Assembly: GCA_043228905.1 (NCBI GenBank)
Contig: JBHGNT010000018.1
Coordinates: 10,664,001-10,728,000, forward strand
Direction: 5' to 3'
DNA length: 64,000 nucleotides
From: Azolla caroliniana
Taxonomy: Eukaryota > Plantae > Polypodiophyta
Below are positions 11,789 to 24,327 of this stretch, piece after piece (the first letter of the stretch is position 1; every line of letters starts with the position of its first letter). Both the position numbers and the translations under genes were made by a program. The notes under the pieces are model-generated. The model had not been told where the DNA came from. It did no database searches and saw only the letters and a list, made by a program, of their open reading frames with translations.

Positions 11789-12127
11789 TGGTTCCTGTCT
11801 AGGGGTGTGGAAATCGGTCGGCATTCCGTCATGCCAAACTTGCACAGCATATTCAACACATAGTGTCTTTGTGAGAGCAATATGCCGTCGGGGGTTCGGA
11901 TCACCTCGATCCCAAGGAAATAGTGAAGGTCCCCCAGGTCCTTCATCTCAAATGCGTCCGACAGCTGGGACTTGACTTGGCTAATTTCATCGAGTCTGGG
12001 TCCGGTGATGACTAGATCATCAACATACAACAAGATGCAAACCGAACCATCCAGACCTTGCCGAATGAACAACAAAGAGTCGGAGTTGGAGGCTGCAAAC
12101 CCCATCTTATGCAACCGGTGTGTGATC
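11789..12127 (-). mobile_element. Copia RT fragment, near-identical to 18186-18523
   Basis: LLYVDDL..MKDLG peptide; about 7 mismatches in about 340 bp versus the C7 copy. Confidence 0.9.
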
Positions 12128-13068
12128 AAGTTTGGGATAAACTTAAGAAAACTTATGAGAATACTACTCCTGTGAATCAGATGCATTTGATGAGAAAACT
12201 TGTCAGTATGAGGCTTGATGAGTCGAAAGGTGCAACAGACCATCTATCGTTATTCACAGGTACTCTCTCCCAACTACAAGATTCAGGATTACCAACTTTT
12301 GATGACAAGCTCAAAGCTATTTTCTTACTTATGACTTTACCTGATTTGTGGGAAACATTAGTTGTTTCACTATCTAATAGCCCCACCTTGACCTTCGATG
12401 GTGTGCGGGGCTCTATTCTCAATGAAGAGATTAGAAGACAATCTAGCGAAGAAGGTAGTGGTTCAACATACAATATTAGGGGGAGATATGATATGAGGAA
12501 CCCAAATGTAGGACAAAGAAATAGAAGTAAGAGTAGAGGGAAAGGAAAGCAACAAGATATCACATGCTATTAGTGTGGCCATAAAGGTCATAAGAAACCT
12601 GATTGTAGATATTTGAAGATGGAACTAGAAAGGAAGAAGAATGTAGGAGAGAAGAAAAATAAAAATGATAAATTTAATACAACAGAGAAAGCTAATATGA
12701 CTTCAAATGTTATCATTGAAGACCTATCTGGTGAAGATGGTGATGTACTTTGTATTACATGTGATGCCTTCATAACTCATGTTCAAGACATGCAAATCAC
12801 CAAAACAGATGTTATTGATGCTTTATTGTCAATCGATGATGGATTGACACAAACATGGATAGTAGACTCTAGGGCTTCTTTTCATGTTACCCCATGTTTG
12901 GAGTGCTTTACCACATTTGCCGCAGGCAGTTATGGAAAAGTTTATCTTGGTAAAAATAGTGCTTGCAATATTGATGGTATTGGAACCATACACTTGTCTT
13001 TGGATAATGGTCAAGAGCTCATGCTCAAAGATGTTAGGTATGTTCCTAGCATTAAGAAAAGTTTGCTA
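12128..13068 (+). pseudogene. Degenerate Copia gag-protease fragment
   Basis: LLMTLPDLWETLVVSLS gag, CY*CGHKGH knuckle with a stop, WIVDSRASFH protease. Confidence 0.85.
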
Positions 13069-14818
13069 TCAAACCATGGTAATCCCAAAACAATGGGATG
13101 TTCTGGGATACTAATTATATTAAATGATATTTCACATGCTAAGTTATCTGGGACAATATTAACGGGCTCTGACTCTTCAATGATATTTCCGGAAGCGATG
13201 GGACGACCATCAATGACTACTACAGAGGCTGGACACGAGAGTTTTCTTAGGGATATCTGATGAGTTTGGGAAAATTTCCTATCCATGAAGCAAGAGTTGG
13301 CTGTGGAATCTAAGAGTACTTTTAGTACTAACCATTACTTGAGCTAAGAACACATTGCTAACTTGCTTAGAAGAAATGGAACCACTAATGGGTTGCACAG
13401 ATCTAGGGTTGTCCAACCAAACGGCTCCTATTTTGGCTAGACATAATCGTTTAACTCTTCTTCTAGTTGACTAAGGATTTCAAATTTATTTGAAAGGCTC
13501 GGGCTATTAGGACTATCGGACACACCTAGAGAAATAGACTCGGGTTTAGTACTATTAGTAATAGTGGTTATTTGATTTACCTGCCTTTTTGGCTGATGGG
13601 GACAGTTCACTGCAATATGCCCTAGTCCCCCGCAATACAGACATAGTCGATTTGCCCTGTGTCGCTGCTTTTCTTCTTCCGATAGTGGTCCGCCACGACG
13701 TGTGGTGTCGATTTCCATTGGAGTCGGAGTATTTGTTGGATATGCATTATATGACTCCCTCGGAAAAGGTTTCGCTACCATTGCGGCGTAGGTGGACTCT
13801 GATCTTGCCCTTGGCATCTGGAATTGTCGTTCCGAACGTCGTTCGAAAAGACGGTTCTCTCATCTCACCGCGCGACTGATTGCTTTTGTTAGTGACTTTG
13901 GTTCTTCGGGGAAGGTCAAGAGTAAATCCTTGACATCGTTGCGTAAACCATAACGAAATTTCTCTATCAATGCTTGATCATCCCAAGGGATATCGGCGAC
14001 GAGTAGGCGGAAATCTGCAGCGTATGCGGAGGCTAGACAATCACCTTGGCGTAATTGCCAGATTTTGTTGATTGTAGTTCTTATGCTATCAGTATCTCCA
14101 AAACTGGCTTTAAACTCACTTATAAATTCTTCAAAATTGTTTAGTAATGGAGATTCCTTTTCCAACAACAGAGTGAACCATGCCAACGTTAAGCCACTAA
14201 GTAGGGTGCCTACTAGTCCCACTCGTGATGCATCGGTGGGATATCGAGAAGGATGCATTTGAATCACTAAACGTACCTGGTTCAAAAAACCTCTAAACTG
14301 TGATCGAGTCCCATTAAATTTTGCAGGAAGACCGATCTTGGGTTCTTTGTGAATCCCTTGAGTGCTTGATCCTTGATGTTGTAATAATACAATAGTCGCA
14401 TCAAGTTGTTGTACACGTAACGTCAACTCCCCGTGTTGTTCTTTTTCCAGCACTATTTGTTGAAGATCCCCCAACAAACTGTGATTTTCTTGTTCTAGTG
14501 CTACAAATTTCTCCTTTAAGCACTATAGCTCTGAGAAAACAGATTGATATTCTTGAGCGCTGACAGTTTCCATTTTACTAGGGAGGATAAGAGGATTAGT
14601 ATGAAGGGAAGAAAGGGGTAAGAAGATGAGGGAAACCGAAAAGAAGACCGGAAAAAGGGATATGTAAGAAGATAAAAGGAAGAGGAGGAGACGGAAGGAA
14701 GACGGGAAATCGGTTCAAACTGTCAGGATCAGTACTAAGACAGAGAAGGAATTACTACTAAAAGATGAGGATTAGTACTAAGGGAGGTGTAGAACTCTTG
14801 AGAGAAGGAAAGAGTGAG

Positions 14819-14857
<39 letters not shown>

Positions 14858-15070
14858 TGATAAAAGATATATATTGTGTGAAGAGAGTATACAATAGTAG
14901 CTAGGAGGCTTAAGACTGGCGTTGAACCGATTTGGTTCGAAATAATGCCTTGTGCCTCCTTTTATAGTATTCTCAGGAATACTCTTGAAGTTTCTAGAAT
15001 AGAGAAATCTGGAATATACATCAATTTTCCATAATAAAACTTAAATGAAAATAATATCCTACATATTACA
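13069..15070 (-). mobile_element. 3'-truncated Tcn1/sushi-type Gypsy: 5' LTR 15070-14721, gag from ~14573, protease to ~13069
   Basis: PEG10/sushi-like gag (PAKFNGTRSQFRGFL, LRQG..ASAYAADFR, PMEID, LCLYCGGLGH); protease ..SCFMD..VIDGRPI..IVLGLPW; TG..CA LTR with (AG)n; no TGG-type PBS. Confidence 0.85.
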
Positions 15071-15073
15071 ATA

Positions 15074-15140
15074 GATGGTATAATAGTCAAGAGCTCGACC
15101 TATGTAACCTAAGGTCTTGGGTTCGAGTCTTGCCACATCA
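15074..15140 (+). other. Degenerate tRNA-like / SINE-head sequence
   Basis: A-box-like TGGTATAATAGT and B-box-like GGTTCGAGTCT at tRNA spacing; GATG/CATC ends; stems poorly paired. Confidence 0.35.
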
Positions 15141-15186
15141 TGATAGCTGTAGATAATTGTTGAAATGGCCGGAAAAGAATAATGTT

Positions 15187-18100
15187 CACTTGATCTTCCT
15201 CTCTGTTTCCCATTCTACAAGACTCTGTAGGTTCCGAAAACAGTTGAAAACTTCGCTTTTCCTTTCAATTAGGTAAATCCATGTGTGTCAGCTATAGTCG
15301 TCGATGAAGGAGACGAAATATCGGCTCCCACCAAGACTAACGTTCTGTGTCGGTCCCTATACATTCAAATGTATTAGATCGAGCTTGTTACGGCTCCGGT
15401 TTCTTTCGATGGGGAACGGAAGCCGGTGTTGCTTCCCGAGTTGGCATACTTCACATATTTGGGCCTTTCGGCCACTGAATTTCGGCAATCCGAAAACAAC
15501 CTGTTTCGATTGCAGGTCTTGAAGCCTCTGATAGTTGACGTGGCCAATCCGCTTGTGCCACAGGTCGATATTGGATTCGAACTTCTGTCCTTTTGCAAAC
15601 ATAATGGTGCCGATGTCGTTGGTGTCAAGTATAAACATCCTCCCATCCCGACACCCTTGCGCAATTATAAGGCCTTCTTCCTCGATGAAGCACCCGAGGT
15701 GCGTAAACTGCACCTACATCCCCTGGTCTACGATCTACCCGACCGACACCAGGTTCTTTGAGATTGTCGGAACATGTAGTACGTTCATCAGCTTTCCCTT
15801 TTGTCTGACATGGCCTAAAGGGACTTCTCAGACATACAAATTCGAAAGTCGAGTGTCGTCTCCAGTTTCGACAACTCCCAATTGCTCTAGCTTTTCCAAA
15901 ATCGAGAACCACTCTTCATGGCTCATCATTTGGTTTGATGCTCCGTAGTCAACGTATCACACTTCCTCTGATACAAAAGTGGTCTTCTTCATCGAGTTCG
16001 CCTTGTGTTTCATCACAAAGGCTGGCCTTTTTCCAGTCTTTCCGGTTCCGGATCCTTCCGATCCTTCTGAGTAGTGCGAGCTTTGTTGGTTCCCTTCTCC
16101 GGCCTTGCTGGATCCGGATTTATCCGAATCGGCGCGCTTCTTCCAACACTCGCTCTCTTAGTGGCCTTTCTTGCCACAATACCAGCATTCCATTTCGGCC
16201 TTCCCATGCCGGTTTCCGGTGCCGCTTTGACTCCCCCTGCTTGTGGAGGGTTCGGAAATGTTGTCGGCACCATCATTGTGCCTCCGGTTCTACTCTTGTC
16301 TACCGCTACTATTGCGTGCCGACCCACCTCATCCTCCATGCCCACGGGGCCGATCCGCCTCTGTGTACAGCATCCAGTTGCCCGATTGAGCAGTCATTGA
16401 CCCACTCGCGTGGTTTTCTTCGACCATCAACATCGATTTCAGGTGGAAGAGGTGTAAAAAGGAAGGTGCAGAAGTGTTAGATAACCAGCCTAGCCAGATA
16501 GTAACACATAGAGAGAGATTAACACAAAGAAGGTATGCAGGCAGAGAAAGAGCAGAACAACCTAAATCTATTATAACAACTCTGTAAGATTCTCTATACG
16601 TACAACGTGCTCAACAACACTATTTATACAAGTCCTAAGAGGACTGACAGAAGTACGGTGTACTTCAATGCTCACACGAGCGTCTGACACTAACTACGAG
16701 ACATTAACTACATAGTAGTCTAGGCCGCTACTAGGCTTCCAGTTACTGCTGGATCTGGCTCCTTAGCTCACCGGCGCACCGATCCGACTCATCCTTCCGG
16801 ATGCCGATCCGGATCCGATTGAGCTTGCCGCTCAATACTCCCCCTCAAGATCAACTTGAGGTCAGATTGTAGTGTCAGTCTCCATGGTAGACGGTTCTTC
16901 CACACGGCTCCTTCTGGCGTCACTCAGCCTCGCTCGCGCTCCTTGTCTTGTCCGGTCCCATTTGCCGCGACCCTTCTGATTTTGCACACCTCGACCTCCT
17001 CGGTCAGCTTGTCTGCTCAACAGGCCCAATTCAGCTCTCTCGCTACTATGATTTCGGCACCTGTCGATTCGTCAATTCCTTCGTGTTGGCGTCGACTTTC
17101 CCTACCTTCTCGTCCTCTTGGCCTTCAATTGATCCGATTCTTCCGAATTTATCTATTGAACATAATCGGCTATCTCCGATTCGTTCCAGCTCTTGTCCGA
17201 ATCGGTCGCTCCCGATTCGTCTTTCGGTTCCATGCCCTTCACCACATCGGACCATGTCCGGGTCTTGGCCTTCTTCATCCGGTCGGCTCTGTCCTTCTTG
17301 AATCTGTCGTTGCTGCCGCTTGTTCCAACTTGTTCGGATGTGTCAACTTCCTTTGTCGACTCGGCTCCTTTCTTCTTCTTGTCTCTCCCTTTGTCGGTTC
17401 TTTCCTCACCGGCGCAATCGACAGCTTCTTTGCCTTTGCCCGTTCTGGTGTCTTTGCCCATTCTCCCCCTCAAGTGTGGCACGTCGAGATGCAGAACACC
17501 AACCATTTCGGTGAAGTGCTACAACTTGTCCGACCCGAGCGGTTTGGTGAAGATGTCGGCAACTTGTCGATCCGTATGAACATACCGAAGTTCGACTTCA
17601 CCGCTCAGGACACGCTTACGCACGAAGTGGTAGTGCACTTCTATGTGCTTTGTGCAAGCATGGAATACGGGGTTCTTGGTGAGTTGCATGCTACTTACGT
17701 TGTCGTAGTAGATCAGGATCGAGGTTGTCACCTTGATCCACAGGTCTTGCAGCAGTCGCCGAAGCCAAATGGTTTCACAGGTGGCAATGGTAGCGCCCCA
17801 GTATTCAGCCTCAGTGCTCGAAAGGGCCACTGTTGGCTGCTTTTTGCTGCTCCACGCAACAACCATGCTACCAAGGGAAAACATATAGCCGGAAGTGGAT
17901 CGACGATCCGATGCATCGTCGGCCCAGTCGGCATCGGTGTAGCTGACTAGCTCTTCTGTTATACCATGCCGGTATAACAATCCCCAGTCCTTCGTGCCGC
18001 TCACATATCGCAGAATTCGATGCGCGCATAGAAGGTGCTCCACGGTTGGCTTCTACATATATTGGCTAAACACGCCGACCGGATAACTGATGTCGGGTCG

Positions 18101-21100
18101 GATGATTGTTAAATATATAAGGCTTTCGACAATTTGTTGGAACCGCTTCTCATCGTAGGCCAGTCCAGAGTCGGGATGGAGCTTCTGGTTCCTGTCTAGG
18201 GGTGTGGAAATCAGTCGGCATTCCGTCATGCCAAACTTGTACAGCATATTCAACACATAGTGTCTTTGTGAGAGCAATATGCCGTCGGGGGTTCGGATCA
18301 CCTCGATCCCAAGGAAATAGTGAAGGTCCCCCAGGTCCTTCATCTCAAATGTGTCCGACAGCTGGGACTTGATTTGGCTAATTTCATCGAGTCCGGGTCC
18401 GGTGATGACTAGATCATCAACATACAACAAGATGCAAACCGAACCGTCCAGACCTTGCCGAATGAACAACAAAGAGTCGGAGTTGGAGGCTGCAAACCCC
18501 ATCTTATGCAACTGGTGTGTGATCTTTGCATTCCAAGCTCGAGGGGCTTGCTTCAGGCCATAGACTTCTTCAGCCGGCATACCGCCGACTGGAAACCGGG
18601 GGGTTGGGTCATAAAGACCTCTTCTTCAAGATTGCCTTGAAGAAATGCATTCTTCATGTCCATCTAGTGAAGATGCCACCCCCTTGTCGCAGCAACCACC
18701 AGCACCACACGAACCATCGTCATCTTCGCTACCGGAGGGAAGGTCTCGTCATAGTCGATCCGTGGGTCTGCGCTTATCCCTTCGCCACTAACTGGGCCTT
18801 GTACCGGTTAACCGAACCGTCGGTATTGTACTTTACCTTGTACACCCACTTACATCCGATCGGTTTACAGTGTCGAGGAGGGTCAACTAGGTCCCAAGTG
18901 TCATTGGCATCAAGTGCCTGCATTTCTTCCTCCATAACGGCACGCCAATTTGCATCCTTTGCCGCTTCTGCGTAGCTCTCCGGCTCACGCACTTCCGCCA
19001 CCTTGGTCATGTACGCATAGTGATGCGCCATGTACTCATTGTACCCAGACTGCTTCACAGGGTTCTTCTGGTGGGAAGACTAGCGTAACTTATCGTTACC
19101 TAGTTTGAGGCCCATCTTGGTTGGTTCGGTCTTCGTTGCCGAAGATCCGCCTTGTTCTTTTTCAGAGTCGGATCCGCTCCAATCCGACTCACCACTGCCG
19201 GTCTCGTGCTCCGGCATCTTTGTCTTCCCCTTTTCTTTGCGCGTGAACCGTCTCCTCGGTTCCTTGCGCAGGGAGAGCACGACAGAGTCTCTACTACTCG
19301 CTGGTTCCTCATCCCGACTCAGCCGCTCGTTCGGCCCGCTCAACTGAAATGATTCCGGACTCACATCTAGAGTCTCAAACCCTTCGTCTTCTAATTGGAC
19401 CGGTTCAAGCTCACTAGCCTCATCCTTCGATATCGGGTCGGGGTCGGAAGTCGGAGCCGCTAAGGCATACCATGATGTCGTCTCATCAAACTTAACATCT
19501 CGGCTAACTCGGACCTGCTTCGTCCGGGGGTTATAACGCTTCTACCCCTTTTGCTCATGGGAGTAACCGATCAGGATGCATTTCTCCGACTTTGCATTCA
19601 ACTTCCTTCGCTTCTCATCCGGCACATGCACGTATGCAATGCTACTGAATATCCGAAGGTGTCTCAAATTCGGCTTGCGCCCGAAGTACAGCTCATGCGC
19701 GGACACCTTGTCACCGATCCGGTTTTGGATATAGACGGTTGTCCAAACCGCGTCAGCCCAGTAGAAATGGGGCATGCTCTTCTCCTCTAGCATTGCCCGT
19801 CGCCGCGTCAACAATCGACCGGTTCTTCCTTTCGGCCACACTGTTTTGCTCCGGTGTGTACCTGCAGCTGAATTCTCTCCGAATTCCGTTCTACTACAAA
19901 TAACTGTTGAATTGGTCGGAAAAATATTCTTTTCCGCTATCCAACCGCAAGCACTTGATCTTCCTCTCCATTTCCCATTCAACAAAGCTTTGCAGTTTCC
20001 GGAAACACTCGAAAGTCCGCTCTTTCGCTCAATGAGGTAGATCCATGTGTGCCGGCTATAGTCGTCAATGAAGGAGACGAAGTATCGACTCCCGCCAAGA
20101 CTAACGTTTTGTGTCGGTCCCCATACATCCGAATGAAGTAGGTCGAGCTTGTTACGGCTACGGTTTCGTTCGGTGAGGAATGGAAGCCGGTGTTGCTTCC
20201 CAAGTTGGCAGGCTTCACATATTTGGACTTTCCGGCCATTAAACTTCGGCAAACCGAAAACAACTTGTTTCGTTTGCAGGTCTTGAAGCCTCCGGTAATT
20301 GACGTGGCCGATCCGCTTGTGCTAGACATCAATATCCGATTCAATCTTCTGTCCTTTGGCGAACAAAGCAGTGCCGACGTAATTGGTGTCGAGGATGAAC
20401 ATCCTCCCATCTCTGCGCCCTTGCGTAATAATCTGGCCCTCTTCCTCGATGAAGCACCAAAGGTGCGTAAACCGCACTTGCATCCCCTGGTCAACAACCT
20501 GACCGACTAACACTAGGTTCTTCGTGATAGTTGAAATGTGTAATACATTCATCAGCTTCCCCCTCAATTCGACGTGGCTCAAAGGGACTTCTCCAACATG
20601 CACGATTGGGTGAGGAGTGTCATCTCCGGTTTTGACGACTCCTGGTTGTTCCGGTTTCTCCAAGAAAGAGAACCACTCTCTGTGGCTCGTCATGTGATTC
20701 GACGCACCGGAATCAACATGCCACACTTCCTTCGATTTGGAAGTGGTCTTCTTCATCGAGTTAGCCTCGTGTTTCATCACAAAGGTTGGCCCTTTACCGG
20801 CTTTTCCGGTTTTGGATCCTCCCGATACTTCTGCGTAGTGCGAGTATTGTCGGTTCTCTCTGCCGGCCTTGCCAGATCGGGATATGTCCGAATCGGCGCG
20901 CTTCTTCCAGCAGTCGCTTTCTCTGTGGCCCTTTTTACCACAATACCAGCATTCTGTGTCAGCCGTTGCTTCTCGCCGGCCTCCGGCGCCGCCTTGACTC
21001 CCCTTGCTTGTGGAGGGTCCGGAACTGTTGTCAGCATGTTCTCTGTGCCTTCGGTCCTGCTCTTGCTTGCCGCTACCATTGCGAGCCGACCCGCCTCATC

Positions 21101-23020
21101 CACCACGCCCATGGGGCCGATCCGCCTCCATGTACAACATCCGGTTGTCAGAGGGTGCACTTGTTGATGCCCTGGCGTGGTTCTCCTCTACAAGGAGCAT
21201 CGACTATAAGTCGAAAAATGACGGCATATTCTCCCTTGTACACACCGCCATTCGGAGCGCTCTGAACTTAGACGTTAGGCCCCCAAGACAAATCTGCACC
21301 ATCTCATCTTCCTCTACAGTGACGTTGATAGAGGCAAGTGAGTCATAGATCTCTTTGATTGAGGCCGTGTAATCGGCCACTGACATGTCCTTCTATCGGA
21401 CATTGCTCAACTCCTATCGGAGTTGCAGCTTCCAGGCCGTAGTGCTTGCCACAAAAACCTTCTTCAAGTTTCCCCAAGCTTCTTTTGGTGACTTGGCATC
21501 TCGGACATGGCTCAACAGCTGGTCTCCGACACTGGACGCAAAGCAGTACATCACTCTACTTGCTGCTTGTTCCCACACTAGGAAGTCCTTGTGTGCTGCA
21601 TCAGGTGTTGTGTCGTTAGCTACGTCGACATAGCTCCAGTAACCATGCCCAAGCAGGTATTGGTGCATCTTGTATGACCAAGATGCGTAGTTGGATCTGT
21701 CGAGCTTCTCCATCGGGAGCGAGCTAGCCATTCCTCTGTCCATCACTTCTCTTTATGTTCTTACCGGGTCTTAGGGTTTGTCTTTAGATGCTGATGTCAA
21801 CTGCAGAGGTTCTCAACCCTCGCGCTCTGATACCATGTAAAAATGAAGGTGCGGAAGCATTAGACAACCGGCTTAGCCAAATAGTAGCACATAGAGAGAG
21901 ATTAACACACAAAAGGTACGCAGGAGAGATAGAGAAAGAGCAGAACAACTTAAATCTATTATAACAACTCTGTAAGATTCTTTGTACATACAACGTGCTC
22001 AACAACACTATTTATACAAGTCCTAAGAGGACTGACAGAAGTACGGTGTACTTCAATGCTCACACGAGCGTCTGACACTAACTACGAGACATTAACTACC
22101 TAGTAGTCTAGGCCGCTACTAGGCTTCTGGTTATTGCTGGATCCGGCTCCCGAACTCACCGGCTCACCGATCCGGCTCAGGTTTATTCAGCCGATTCGGA
22201 TCCGGTTGAGCTTGCCGCTCAACAAGAAGGACGGTGGTTTGTCCCGAGTTCAAATGGTTGTACAGATTGGCCCATACTGGTGTGCTACACCACTGAGGCA
22301 GATCTGGACCATCTCGTCCTCACCCACCATCATGTTGATGGAACCGAGCGTGTCGCAAATCTCGTTGATCTTAGTGGTGTAGTCGGTGACTGACATGTCC
22401 CGTTGCCAGATAATGTTGAGCTCTTGCTGGAACTGCAACTTCCGAGCCGTGGTACTTGTAGTGAAAATCTTCCGAAGATTTTCCCAGGCTTCCTTCGGTG
22501 ACTTTGCATCTCCGATGTAGCCTAGCATTTGGTCGTGCACACAGGACGCGTGGCAATATAGCACTCTTCTTGCTCCTTGCTCCTATGGCGGGAAGTCCTT
22601 GTGTGCCGAATCCAGCGTTGCTACATTTGCTCCTTCCACGTAGCTCTAGTATCTGTGCCCAGCAGGTACTAATGCATTTTATACGACCAGGATGCATAAT
22701 TGGTCTAGTCGAGATTTTTTGTCGGAAGCGAGCTCACCATGCTTCTGTCCATACCTTCTCTTTTCGGTCTATTCTTTTACCGGTGGTTAGGGTTTGTCTT
22801 CAAAAAAGAAAACGCTTGTCGCCAACAGAGGTTCTCAACCCTCGCACTCTGATACCATGAAAAGAATAGCGTGCGGAAGCTTGTAGACAAACCGGTTCAG
22901 CCGGATTACAACAATAAGACAAAGAATGAAAGCTTAGGAACAAAGAATACATAGGAGAGACAGAGAGAGCAGAACAATAAAACTCAATTCAAAATAATAT
23001 CACTCTATACATAAGGATTG
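15187..23020 (-). mobile_element. Degenerate Copia C6 (gag-PR-INT part; 5' LTR remnant from 22858), split in gag by C7
   Basis: gag reads across 22225/16452 (..DKPPSF|FHLKSML..); PBS TGGTATCAGAG at 22857-22847; LWHKRIGH..CEVCQLGKQ at 15357-15713. Confidence 0.8.
16453..22224 (-). mobile_element. Full-length but degenerate Copia C7, LTRs 16453-16837 and 21836-22224
   Basis: TSD AGAGG/AGAAG (one mismatch); PBS TGGTATCAGAGC 21835-21824; PPT 16849-16838; fragmented gag, VDSGASNH, HSDVWG, YVDDL, ADIFTK motifs. Confidence 0.9.
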
Positions 23021-23029
23021 CAACATCTT

Positions 23030-23770
23030 GACGTTTCGCACTTGAGGGGGAGATCAGCCGACAACTGGAGAACGAACGAGCCGAAGCCAGCCGAACAAGG
23101 TAGGGAGAGAGCCAAATGTAGAAACGAATTGAAGACAACCGACTCAGACAATGTGGACGATTTGGACGAGCCGAATTAGATAGACGTTGAACGAGCGAGA
23201 GGGCATTGGAGCCAAAGAGGTAGAAAGAAGGCAGACAAGGGAAAGTGGAGTAGACAAGCCAACTGGACGGGTCAAGGCGCACATGCTAGGAGAAGAGTTG
23301 GCAGGAGGAGCCAAAGCGGAGAACCGACTGATTAGACGAAGCAAGCCCCCAACTTGAGCTAAAGGTCGAAAGGCCGAGTCGACTGAAGAAGCCGAAAGCC
23401 GAATTGGCTAGTAGGATCGGCAAAAAGTTGAACAATTGGGCTAGATTGGCTGGAGAAGCCATTAGGACACAAGGTTTTTGGGAATTGAGCCTTTAGGAAT
23501 ATTATAGGTCAATTAGTGATAGAGCTCATGAATGAGCTCAGAGTATTTGTGCCAGTACCCTTTTGTATCAAAAGTGCTCAGTGAGCACATTGTATGAACA
23601 GAGTATAGAGACTTTTTGTAATAGTAATCTTTGTTGTGTTGTCTGCTAACTTTGTCTCTCCCTCTCACTATGTATTGAATTTCCATCCCTAGACTCTGTG
23701 TATTCGTAATTGTCTATTGTTACTAGCTAAGCCATTTTGTCTGTTAGCTTCCACACTTTAACTTTTTACA
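23030..23770 (+). mobile_element. 3' end plus LTR of a C6/C7-related Copia in the opposite orientation
   Basis: CTTGAGGGGGAG at 23041; LTR body (aaaagtgctca..gagcacattgtatg) resembles 36127-36160; ends ..TTTTTACA at 23770. Confidence 0.6.
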
Positions 23771-24327
23771 TCTCCCATGGTAGATTGAGATAACTTGATC
23801 CACACCCGTCATTCCTTATGAATTAGCCCACAACTACGGTTATGGTTATGGTTATGGTATGGTTATGGTTATGGTCGTAACATTAGCCAACTTTAAGAAT
23901 TCTCTACGGTTACGGTTACACTTACATGCACCCCTTACAAACTGAATATGATTATGATCTTTTTAGAGAGGTGCAAATTGAGGTGCGGGTAGTGATAGAG
24001 CATTCTAACACGAAAGCATCCCATGGATTTTGCTTATCAATACCACATAGAATAATTCATTTGTAGATCAACCATATAAAGACACTTGAATTGCGTATTT
24101 ATATTCTGTGAAAAGTTATTGATTGTTTTACAAGAGTTATACCATCCATACCACCAAGACATTTAAATCGAGTAGGAGATTGAGAGTCCTAGAATATTAG
24201 GCTCTTTTGATGGATCACAAAGACGACGATGCATCACAAAGATTCAAACTAAGCAAGAGGAGAGAGCTGATCATTTCCAACAGGGCCCAATGGGCATTTT
24301 ACAAAAAATCTTTGTCACTACTCAAAT

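Noticed and set aside
23838-23876. (GGTTAT)n run as a telomere variant
   Set aside because: Short hexamer microsatellite with no other telomeric context.
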